From IMG/VR virus record IMGVR_UViG_3300005529_000001, positions 272,882 to 336,881 of that record: a DNA stretch of 64,000 bases; one strand, written 5' to 3'. The position numbers and the translations under genes were made by a program. The notes under the pieces were generated by a model. That model was given only the letters and a program-made list of their open reading frames with translations. It was not told where the DNA came from and made no database searches. Positions 56,791 to 64,000 of this stretch are shown piece by piece; within the stretch, counting starts at the first letter, position 1, and the number at the start of each line of letters is the position of its first letter. Source of the DNA: a virus.

Positions 56791-57771
56791 ATGAAGAGCA
56801 TCGCCGTCGTGGGCCAGGGTTTCGTTGGTGGATCGCTAACGACAGTTTTTGCAGAGCGTGGCTTTGACGTGTATGCTTATGACAAAGCGGGCAAGATCGC
56901 TACGGGTGCTAAGGTTCCTCGCTTCCATGGCCACGGAACTGGGCCTGATGGAATCGAAGCTACATCTGTCAAGGGCTTGGTCTTTGCGATGGATGAATTG
57001 GGTAAGGCTTTCAGCAACGTCTACTTCGTGTGCTTGCCGACCCCCATGTTCGAGGACGGCGAGGCTGACCTGTCGATCGTTGAGGGCGTCCTCGCTGAGC
57101 TCGCCGAAGCGCACAAGGTCCTGGAGCGTTGGGGGATCGCGGTCGTCAAATCGACGGTCCCGCCGGGCTCAGTCGAGCGATGGAACAAGGCTTTCAACTC
57201 ACAGGGTCTCTACATCGTCTTCAATCCAGAATTCCTGACAGAGGCCAACGCCCTGGACGACATGCGCAACCAGGATCGGATCATCCTGGGCGGGCCCCGC
57301 CCCTACATCAACATTGTCAAGCTGCTGTTTCAGACGGCGTTCAAGGGCGTCCCCGTCATCAAGACCTCATCGACGACGGCGGAGATGGTGAAGTACACCA
57401 TCAACTGCTTCCTGGCGACCAAGGTCGCCTTCGCCAACGAGATCGCGCAGATCACTGAAGCGCTGGACGCTGACGGTCTTAACGTCGACTATGACAAAGT
57501 GGTTGAGTACGCCAAGCTCGACAAGAGGTTGGGCAACAGCCATTGGGCAGTACCAGGGCCCGTGCCCACGCACGATGGGCGATACGTGCGCGGTTTCGGA
57601 GGGCACTGTTTCCCCAAAGACTTGAATGCGCTTGTTTTCGTTGCGAAACAACTCGGGGTTGACCCGAAAGTCCTCACCAGTGTCTGGGCCAAGAACCTTG
57701 AGGTCCGCGGGCCCGAAGACCGCGACTGGGAACACATGCAAGGCCGAGCTGTCAGCAAGAAAAAGAAGTGA
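56791..57771 (+). CDS. UDP-glucose/GDP-mannose dehydrogenase family protein (second copy, shorter)
   Basis: VVGQGFVGG and catalytic Cys GGHCFPKD. Confidence 0.65.
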   Translation: MKSIAVVGQGFVGGSLTTVFAERGFDVYAYDKAGKIATGAKVPRFHGHGTGPDGIEATSVKGLVFAMDELGKAFSNVYFVCLPTPMFEDGEADLSIVEGVLAELAEAHKVLERWGIAVVKSTVPPGSVERWNKAFNSQGLYIVFNPEFLTEANALDDMRNQDRIILGGPRPYINIVKLLFQTAFKGVPVIKTSSTTAEMVKYTINCFLATKVAFANEIAQITEALDADGLNVDYDKVVEYAKLDKRLGNSHWAVPGPVPTHDGRYVRGFGGHCFPKDLNALVFVAKQLGVDPKVLTSVWAKNLEVRGPEDRDWEHMQGRAVSKKKK

Positions 57772-57877
57772 AACATTCAGTTTGGGCTGAATAGGGTATG
57801 CTCAAGACGGGAATCCCACCGTCGCCTTGACGTTGAAGCCAGTGAGGCTGAGTCAGGGACTCAACACGGAGAGTGTC

Positions 57878-58885
57878 ATGAGCGAGTTTGGAATTGTCAT
57901 CATGCGGGCACAGCCCTTTCACAATGCGCACCTGGAATTGGTGCGTTTTGCGCTTAAGGAAGCGCAAAAAGTAGTCATCATCCTGGGAAGTGCCAACGCG
58001 CCCCGGGACACAATGAACCCCTTCACCGCCGACCAACGGCGTGACATGGTCAGGAGTTGCCTGACTGCCGACGAGCTCTCTCGTGTCGAGATCATCTCCG
58101 CGAAAGACTACCTCTCAAACAACATGTGGATCGCAGCGGTCCAAAACTCGGTCGATGCTGTCACGGGCGGGTCCAGTGATATCAAGCTGATCGGTCACAA
58201 GAAAGACGCCTCAAGCTTCTACTTGAAGCTGTTTCCACAGTGGAGCTTCCATGAGACGGGAGCTTTCTCTGAGCTCAATGCGACGAGCGTCAGGGAGAAC
58301 CTGTTCCGACAGGATAAGATCACCATCAAGACGCAGGTGCCGAAGCCGGTCTACGACTACCTGTGCTCTTGGATGGAGAGCGCTGAGTACAAGCGCCTCC
58401 ATGGTGAGTACAAGAACGTACAAGAAGAACATGCCGCTTGGGAGGAGAGCCCTTACGTCCCCACCTTCGTGACGACAGACGCCATCGTCATCTGCAGCGG
58501 TCACATCCTCATCGGCCGCCGGGGTGGAGCTTACGGCAAGGACCTGCTGGCTTGGCCAGGTGGGTACCTAGAGCAAGACAAGTCAATCCTGGACTCTTGC
58601 ATCCGTGAGCTCCGGGAGGAGACGAAGCTCAAGGTCTCGACCGAAGACCTGAAGAAGGCGGTCATCGATAAGGACGTTTTCGATGACCCCCGGCGCGACC
58701 AACGCGGGCGTGTCATCACCCATGCCTTCTGTTTCAAGCTGCCCGATGGGCGGCTACCTGAGGTCCAGGGTGCGGACGACATGGCCAAGGCATGGTGGAT
58801 GACCATCAACGAGTTCTACACCCGAGAGCTCGAGTTCTTCGCAGACCATTTCAAGATGGGCTGCCGTTTCATCAATCGATTTTAA
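57878..58885 (+). CDS. nadM: bifunctional NMN adenylyltransferase / Nudix hydrolase (NadM-Nudix)
   Basis: H-x-G-H type PFHNAHL; Nudix box PGGYLEQDKSILDSCIRELREETKL. Confidence 0.85.
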   Translation: MSEFGIVIMRAQPFHNAHLELVRFALKEAQKVVIILGSANAPRDTMNPFTADQRRDMVRSCLTADELSRVEIISAKDYLSNNMWIAAVQNSVDAVTGGSSDIKLIGHKKDASSFYLKLFPQWSFHETGAFSELNATSVRENLFRQDKITIKTQVPKPVYDYLCSWMESAEYKRLHGEYKNVQEEHAAWEESPYVPTFVTTDAIVICSGHILIGRRGGAYGKDLLAWPGGYLEQDKSILDSCIRELREETKLKVSTEDLKKAVIDKDVFDDPRRDQRGRVITHAFCFKLPDGRLPEVQGADDMAKAWWMTINEFYTRELEFFADHFKMGCRFINRF

Positions 58886-58941
58886 AAAGTTCCGCCCGAT
58901 CGAGCCAGAGAGGCCCGCGAGGCGCATCACGGAGAGTGAAT

Positions 58942-60393
58942 ATGAGAACCACATACATCAGGACGTACCTTAGAAAACCCGACCTCGAGCTCAGCGCGAT
59001 CGAGGACACTGACTCGTATAAATTCAGCCACTTCCCCATGTACCCGGGCATGTCGTACATGGAGAGTTATCTCGAGGCTCGGGGCGGCGAGTTCGACACC
59101 TGTACCCTGTTTGGGTTGCAGTACGTCATCCACAAGTACATCGCCAAGCGTGTGACAGCAGCTGATGTCGAACGTGCTGAAGCCTTCGCCCTGGCACACG
59201 GTGAGCCGTTCAACCGCAAAGGTTGGATGCACATCGTCACGAAGTACCACGGTTACCTTCCCATCACCATCCGCGCCATCCCAGAGGGCATGGTGGTGCC
59301 CGTCAAGAACGCCGTGATGATTGTCAGGAGCCCGGTCGATCCCGAGTGTGCCTGGATCACTAACTGGTTGGAGACGTTGCTGTCCAGGGTCTGGTACCCG
59401 TCGACGGTCGCCATCGCGAGTCGCGAGATCAAGAAGGTCTGGAAGCATTACCTCGACCTGACCAGCGACACCCCCGAGGAGATCAGCTTTAAACACCATG
59501 ACTTCGGTTCGCGTGGCGTCACCAGCCAGGAGCAGGCGATGCTCGGCGGCGCGGCCCACCTGCTTAACTTCCTCGGTAGCGATACCATCGCGGGCATCCG
59601 CATGGCGAATCACTATTACGACGAAGCCATGGCGGGTTTCAGCATCCCAGCCACCGAGCACTCGACGATCACCATCTTCGGTCGTGACCACGAACGTGAT
59701 GCCCTCAAGCTCTGGATCCAGAAGATGCTGGTCGAGCGTCAGGTCCCCGAAGGGCTGCCCAAGCTCGCTGCTTGCGTTGGCGACTCTTACGACATTTACC
59801 GTTTCACGGAGATGGTTTGCGAACCCGAGATCTACGCCATGATTAAGGGTTCGGGCGGCACCCTGGTCGAGCGCCCCGATTCGGGCGACCCGATCGAGGT
59901 GCTTCTCAGGATCCTCGGCATCATGGAGGATCGCCTCCCAAAGGGTGAGATCACTGTCAACTCTAAGGGTTTCAAGGTGTTGCCTGCGTGCCTCCGTCTC
60001 ATCTGGGGCGATGGCATCAACCGTCGCAGCATGAAGACGATCCTGAAGGCAATCACAGACGCAGGATGGAGCGCCTCAAACCTGGCTTTCGGTTCGGGCG
60101 GTGGCCTGCTGATGGATTTCAACCGCGACACCCAGAAATGGGCGTTCAAGCTGTGCTACGCCATCGTGGACGGCACACCGCGCAAGGTGTCGAAGGACCC
60201 GATCACCGACCCGGGCAAGCGCTCGAAAGAGGGTCACCTCGATTTGATCGTCACCCCAAATGGCGTCGAAACGGTCACTATTCCAGACAATGTTGCAGCT
60301 CATCACAACAGCGTCATGGTGACCTACTACGATGGTGGTGACATCACATTCCACACCGACATGACCGCCTGCCGGACAAGGATGGCGATCTGA
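58942..60393 (+). CDS. nadV: nicotinamide phosphoribosyltransferase (NadV/NAMPT)
   Basis: NAMPT-like regions GSDTIAG, HSTITIFG, GSGGGLLMD; ATG 58942 with GGAGAG RBS. Confidence 0.8.
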   Translation: MRTTYIRTYLRKPDLELSAIEDTDSYKFSHFPMYPGMSYMESYLEARGGEFDTCTLFGLQYVIHKYIAKRVTAADVERAEAFALAHGEPFNRKGWMHIVTKYHGYLPITIRAIPEGMVVPVKNAVMIVRSPVDPECAWITNWLETLLSRVWYPSTVAIASREIKKVWKHYLDLTSDTPEEISFKHHDFGSRGVTSQEQAMLGGAAHLLNFLGSDTIAGIRMANHYYDEAMAGFSIPATEHSTITIFGRDHERDALKLWIQKMLVERQVPEGLPKLAACVGDSYDIYRFTEMVCEPEIYAMIKGSGGTLVERPDSGDPIEVLLRILGIMEDRLPKGEITVNSKGFKVLPACLRLIWGDGINRRSMKTILKAITDAGWSASNLAFGSGGGLLMDFNRDTQKWAFKLCYAIVDGTPRKVSKDPITDPGKRSKEGHLDLIVTPNGVETVTIPDNVAAHHNSVMVTYYDGGDITFHTDMTACRTRMAI

Positions 60394-60412
60394 GGTGTTG
60401 TAGAATCTATGG

Positions 60413-60847
60413 ATGGATTACACCGCAAGCAAGATCGCCGATCACCTGTTCCAAGGCGGACGACCACCCCCGGGTGACGGCCTGAAAAACGCCGGGGTAG
60501 ACGTCCTAGTCCTCTGTGCCAGAGAGTGGCAAGAGAGCGCGCTCTACCCCGGACTCATCGTCATCAAAGCTCCTGGTGATGATGATCGACGTGAACATCG
60601 GTTAATGCAGTCCATCGACAAGTGGAAGCTCGCCGCAGAACTCTCAGCCGAACATGTCATGGCAGGTCGCAACGTCTTGATCACTTGCATGCAGGGACTC
60701 AATCGTTCAGGACTAGTCATGGCTATGACGTTACGGATTCTGACGGGATGGTCGGGAAAGAAGATCGTCGAGCACATCCAGAATCACCGCGAGCATGCCT
60801 TGTTCAACGATACGTTCGTTCGTTACATTGAGACCAACTACCCATGA
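60413..60847 (+). CDS. dual-specificity/tyrosine protein phosphatase
   Basis: CX5R catalytic loop CMQGLNRSG. Confidence 0.7.
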   Translation: MDYTASKIADHLFQGGRPPPGDGLKNAGVDVLVLCAREWQESALYPGLIVIKAPGDDDRREHRLMQSIDKWKLAAELSAEHVMAGRNVLITCMQGLNRSGLVMAMTLRILTGWSGKKIVEHIQNHREHALFNDTFVRYIETNYP

Positions 60848-61350
60848 TCAACTACCTTGTCGGAGACGCAACTGATCCACGGGTTACGGGCAACAAGATC
60901 ATCGCTCATGTCTGCAATGACATTGGTGGCTGGGGCAGAGGGTTCGTCTTGTCGGTGTCCAAGAAGTGGTCCGAGCCCGAAGCGGTTTACCGTCAAGGGA
61001 AAGACCTGACCTTGGGATCTGTCATGTTTGTCCCGGTATCCCACACCGATACAACCATCCAGGAGACGATCTACGTCGCAAACATGATTGGCCAGCGCGG
61101 TGTCATTGCAGCCGAAGACGGCACCCCACCCATCCGTTACGAAGCCATCGAAACGTGCTTGGGACGCGTCAGAGCGTTTGCGTTGCAGCTCGGTGGAGCA
61201 AGCGTCCACATGCCCCGGATCGGTTGCGGCCTGGCAGGAGGTAAATGGAGCAAGATGGAACCCATCATCGAGCGAGCGCTTGATGGCATCGACACATACG
61301 TGTATGATTTTGACACGAAAGACTCCCGGACTGTTTCCTGGAACAAGTGA
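60844..61350 (+). CDS. macro domain protein (ADP-ribose binding / mono-ADP-ribosylhydrolase-like)
   Basis: IIAHVCNDIGGWGRGFV and VHMPRIGCGLAGG. Confidence 0.75.
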   Translation: MINYLVGDATDPRVTGNKIIAHVCNDIGGWGRGFVLSVSKKWSEPEAVYRQGKDLTLGSVMFVPVSHTDTTIQETIYVANMIGQRGVIAAEDGTPPIRYEAIETCLGRVRAFALQLGGASVHMPRIGCGLAGGKWSKMEPIIERALDGIDTYVYDFDTKDSRTVSWNK

Positions 61351-61503
61351 CACGGGATGAATAGAGTATGACCATGAGCACCGAGAAACTCGTCCGAGTC
61401 CTCTGAATGCAAGGCGGTTGAACCGCGGACACGAGGACCTCCTCTGTTGAAACAACTCCGAATTTTCGTTGAGAGTTTCGACATTGTCAAGTAGAGGTTC
61501 ATC

Positions 61504-61986
61504 ATGTCATATCACATCGGCCTGCGGGTGCTGCGGGCAAAAATCAGGGGCTTTCAGGCCGCTGGTAGCACCATCGCGTCACGCATCTCGAAGTCCGAGA
61601 AGGACCGCAAGAACCGTCTCTGGAACGAGAAGCGGCTCCTCGGCGTTCACTGTCGTGCTCACCTGGTTGCATATGGGCTGCTCCGTGGGGTACCGTATGA
61701 CCAGATCGAGAAATGCGCACCAAACAACAAGCTAAACCCACAGCTCGTCCTCGACATCATGCTGGCTCACAACGGCTGGGACGCAAAACGAGGGTACGTC
61801 AAGTACGACCTAGCGGTGGTCGAAAAGCTGCTGGCTCCTGCTTCAAACGAGACTGGGAGCGTGCAGGAAAGCCCAACGGTTGTTGCTGCCCCAGCTGCCT
61901 CGCCGAACTCGGGCGTAGTCCACGTGGTCAAGAGCTTGCTAGGCTTGTCCGCGAGGTCTCAAACCGCCCCAAGAAGCGCCCAGTGA
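61504..61986 (+). CDS. hypothetical protein
   Basis: 160 aa. Confidence 0.35.
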   Translation: MSYHIGLRVLRAKIRGFQAAGSTIASRISKSEKDRKNRLWNEKRLLGVHCRAHLVAYGLLRGVPYDQIEKCAPNNKLNPQLVLDIMLAHNGWDAKRGYVKYDLAVVEKLLAPASNETGSVQESPTVVAAPAASPNSGVVHVVKSLLGLSARSQTAPRSAQ

Positions 61987-61994
61987 GACAGGCC

Positions 61995-62351
61995 ATGGCC
62001 ACCATCAAAGAGGGTGACAAGCTTTACGTGGTGACCCGGAGAGACATCTCTCCAGGCTATCAGGGCGTCCAATCACAACATGCAGCCATCCAGTTTGCGT
62101 TTGACCATCCCGAACGTGGGACGGAGTGGTTCAAGAACTCGAACTACTTGGCATGGCTGTCGGTCGAGAATGAGGTTGAGCTGATGAAGCTCATCACTGA
62201 TGCTGCGGACGTCGGGCTCAAATGGTCAGCGTTCAGGGAGCCCGACGTGGGTGGCCAGATCACTGCGATCGCGCTCGAGCCCCACCCACGGACTGCCGCG
62301 CTGTGCAAAGCATTGCCGCTTGCGCTTAGAGAACTGGAACAGGTGAAGTGA
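61995..62351 (+). CDS. peptidyl-tRNA hydrolase, PTH2 family
   Basis: KLYVVTRRDISPGYQGVQSQHAAIQFA parallels PTH2 [25 protein letters not shown]. Confidence 0.6.
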   Translation: MATIKEGDKLYVVTRRDISPGYQGVQSQHAAIQFAFDHPERGTEWFKNSNYLAWLSVENEVELMKLITDAADVGLKWSAFREPDVGGQITAIALEPHPRTAALCKALPLALRELEQVK

Positions 62352-62352
62352 C

Positions 62353-62712
62353 ATGGACCAAGCACTTAATACCATCGTCTATGACGATTTCGCCAGAGTT
62401 GACATGCGTGCGGGCCTCATCACAGCCGCAGAGGCTTTGCCAAAGTCAGAGTTGCTGAAGCTCCAGGTTGACTTCGGTGAGCTAGGAACTCGGCAGGTCC
62501 TTGCTCGTCTCGGCAAGAGCTACGAGCCAGCAACTCTTGTCAACCTCACCGCAGCGTTCGTCGTCAACTTGCCCCCACGTACCATGAAGGATCTTGAGAG
62601 TAACGGCATGATCCTTGCGGCAGAAGTCAAGGATTCTGATGTTCCTGCTCCACACCGCGTTGCCGTGGTGTTGCTCCCCGGGACAGTCCGACCAGGAACG
62701 AGGTTGGGATGA
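62353..62712 (+). CDS. tRNA-binding domain protein (Trbp111/CsaA/MetRS C-terminal 'Myf' domain)
   Basis: VDMRAGLITAAE...LKLQVDFGELGTRQVLARLGKSY...NLPPRTMKDLESNGMILAAE. Confidence 0.75.
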   Translation: MDQALNTIVYDDFARVDMRAGLITAAEALPKSELLKLQVDFGELGTRQVLARLGKSYEPATLVNLTAAFVVNLPPRTMKDLESNGMILAAEVKDSDVPAPHRVAVVLLPGTVRPGTRLG

Positions 62713-63335
62713 CAGAGAACCGCGCGACGTTCTTCGCTAGGTTGGAACCTGTGTTGGCTCCGAGCGACCTGCTCGATGTCCAACTCGCTTACACCCTGGC
62801 GAAATTCGGCCATCGGGCTCAGGCTCGCAAGGAGCTGGGGCCTGCAGGCAAAGCAGTGCGTTATTTCGAGCACTGCCGTCGTGTCGCGCTCATCCTCATT
62901 GATGAGGTCAAGATCGTCGAACCTGGGCTTGTCATCACCGCCCTTCTACATGATTGTCCGGAAGACACTAAGGATGTCAATCCCGCCATCATTGAGCACT
63001 GCTTTGGGCACAAGGTCGTCACCAGTGTCAAGGTCCTGAGCAAGACGCCCAAGGAAGGCTACAACGAGCGATTTTGGGCTTGTTCGCTTTGGCAGCCCTA
63101 CATCATCAAGGGATGTGATAGGCTTGACAACCTGAGGTCACTGTACTGCTGCCCGGATGACTTCCGAGCCAAACAGGTGGCTGAGACACGGGAGAAGTAC
63201 TTCCCGCTGTTCGACCGGATGATGCACCTGGTCCCCATCAAACACCGCGAACGAGCGGCATGGCTTCGCGACGCGGTGCGTCGCGAGACCGAACGCCAAG
63301 CAACGTTACTGGAGGCGTCACATGAAGAAGTCTGA
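62709..63335 (+). CDS. HD-domain small alarmone hydrolase (SpoT/Mesh1-like (p)ppGpp hydrolase)
   Basis: HCRRVALIL...LLHDCPEDT and CDRLDNLRS (cf. ADRLHNMRT). Confidence 0.7.
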   Translation: MTENRATFFARLEPVLAPSDLLDVQLAYTLAKFGHRAQARKELGPAGKAVRYFEHCRRVALILIDEVKIVEPGLVITALLHDCPEDTKDVNPAIIEHCFGHKVVTSVKVLSKTPKEGYNERFWACSLWQPYIIKGCDRLDNLRSLYCCPDDFRAKQVAETREKYFPLFDRMMHLVPIKHRERAAWLRDAVRRETERQATLLEASHEEV

Positions 63336-63750
63336 GCTGGAACACTTCATCACCCTGACCCTGGGTGACTGGTCACATGACGGTCACAGCCAGACTGACG
63401 TCATCACCGTCAGGTGTAACGTCGACAAGAAGGACCTCGAGAAAGCATATAAAAAGGGCACCAAGAAATTAGGTTTCGATCTCACCGAAGATGTCTGCGC
63501 CGACTACGAAGACATGTCGGCATCAGCCGACGTCATCGAAAAGCTCAAAACTGCTGGTATCAAGCCCGAAGATTTCATCGAGAACGAAGATGAAGATGAC
63601 GAGGGATGGTCATTCGCCTACAATGTCGAAGCCTTCGCCAGTCTCTGGCTGCGTATCGCTCAGTTGGGCGATCCCGATCTCAAGTACGAGCTCGTCGAAA
63701 CCAACCCGAACAATATTAACATCGGAGGTTACGGCCTATTTGGATCTTGA
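63322..63750 (+). CDS. hypothetical acidic protein
   Basis: 142 aa. Confidence 0.35.
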   Translation: MKKSELEHFITLTLGDWSHDGHSQTDVITVRCNVDKKDLEKAYKKGTKKLGFDLTEDVCADYEDMSASADVIEKLKTAGIKPEDFIENEDEDDEGWSFAYNVEAFASLWLRIAQLGDPDLKYELVETNPNNINIGGYGLFGS

Positions 63751-63757
63751 ACATAAC

Positions 63758-63830
63758 GGGTCCGTAGCTCAATGGCAGAGCAGCTCGATTTCAACCGAGT
63801 GTGTTGCGGGTTCAAGTCCCGTCGGGCCCC
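63758..63830 (+). tRNA. tRNA-like gene, 73 nt, 8-nt anticodon loop AUUUCAAC; anticodon ambiguous (UUC/Glu or UCA register)
   Basis: Acceptor GGGUCCG/CGGGCCC, D-arm GCUC-AAUGGCA-GAGC, T-arm GCGGG-UUCAAGU-CCCGU; only good anticodon stem GCUCG/CGAGU forces 8-nt loop. Confidence 0.6.
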
Positions 63831-63836
63831 CAAAAA

Positions 63837-63910
63837 GCTCCCGTAGCTCAGAGGCAGAGCAGCCGGATTTCAACCCGATGCGGTCGTGGGTTCGATCCCC
63901 ACCAGGAGCG
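63837..63910 (+). tRNA. tRNA-like gene, 74 nt, same AUUUCAAC anticodon-loop, weaker stems
   Basis: D-arm GCUC-AGAGGCA-GAGC, T-arm GUGGG-UUCGAUC-CCCAC, acceptor with one C-A mismatch; anticodon stem imperfect. Confidence 0.45.
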
Positions 63911-63913
63911 CAA

Positions 63914-64000
63914 ATGAGGATCAGGGGACCACAACCCGGAAAACAAGTCATTCGCTGTAGCGGTTGTGATCGTGAATGTGATGCAGTTGATCTCATCGTG
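63914..64000 (+). CDS. 3'-partial ORF (MRIRGPQPGKQVIRCSGCDRECD...), zinc-ribbon-like start
   Basis: ATG at 63914 open to window end. Confidence 0.25.
   Translation, partial: MRIRGPQPGKQVIRCSGCDRECDAVDLIV

Noticed and set aside
58927-59691. 254-aa minus-strand ORF
   Set aside because: Antisense shadow inside the NadV gene.
63758-63910. Calling the tRNAs specifically as opal-suppressor (anticodon UCA) tRNAs
   Set aside because: The register of the 8-nt loop is ambiguous (UUC vs UCA vs UUCA). TGA is the predominant stop codon of the phage's own genes, which makes a strong UGA suppressor unlikely, and a one-base sequencing error cannot be excluded.
63769-63996. 75-aa minus-strand ORF
   Set aside because: Completely overlaps the two tRNA-like genes and has no coding signal.
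1-64000. CRISPR arrays, integrase/attachment sites, rRNA genes
   Set aside because: No spacer-repeat periodicity, no tyrosine/serine recombinase motifs and no rRNA-like conserved stretches were seen. The tRNAs are in tandem array form typical of lytic-phage tRNA clusters rather than an att site.

Overview
This 64 kb window reads as part of a large tailed-phage genome (myovirus-like, distantly T4-superfamily). GC is roughly 50-55%, genes are densely packed and often overlap by ATGA/TTGA, and TGA is the common stop codon.

The left ~35 kb is transcribed almost entirely on the minus strand. It carries a morphogenesis and DNA-metabolism block, plus a PIN-PhoH ATPase, DinG/XPD-like Fe-S helicase, ClpP, an Hc1-type histone-like protein and a lone plus-strand sigma-70 region-4 mini-protein:
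- peptide deformylase
- an I-TevI-like GIY-YIG homing endonuclease
- a T4 gp21-type prohead protease, a putative scaffold, a gp20-like portal and a gp17-like large terminase
- Mre11/SbcD whose nuclease domain is split from a C-terminal piece that is fused in-frame to Rad50/SbcC
- a gp61-like primase and a RuvC-like resolvase
- two further nuclease-like genes (PD-(D/E)xK family)
- a long run of large virion and contractile-tail-like structural genes with internal paralogy

From ~36 kb the orientation flips to the plus strand. A degenerate, truncated GroEL-like gene sits on the minus strand in this region.

An ~18 kb glycan-biosynthesis island follows. It contains several GT2 and GT4 glycosyltransferases, two SAM methyltransferases, a PseB/PglF-like dehydratase, a DegT-family aminotransferase and a GNAT acetyltransferase (these three form a triad), and two UDP-sugar dehydrogenases.

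An apparent host-takeover and anti-defence island comes next. It carries NadV plus NadM-Nudix for NAD+ salvage, a dual-specificity phosphatase, a macro domain, a PTH2-type peptidyl-tRNA hydrolase, a Trbp111/CsaA-type tRNA-binding protein, a Mesh1/SpoT-like (p)ppGpp hydrolase, and two tandem tRNA-like genes with unusual 8-nt anticodon loops.

No CRISPR array, rRNA or integrase is visible. All functional calls rest on motif recognition by eye, with no database search.
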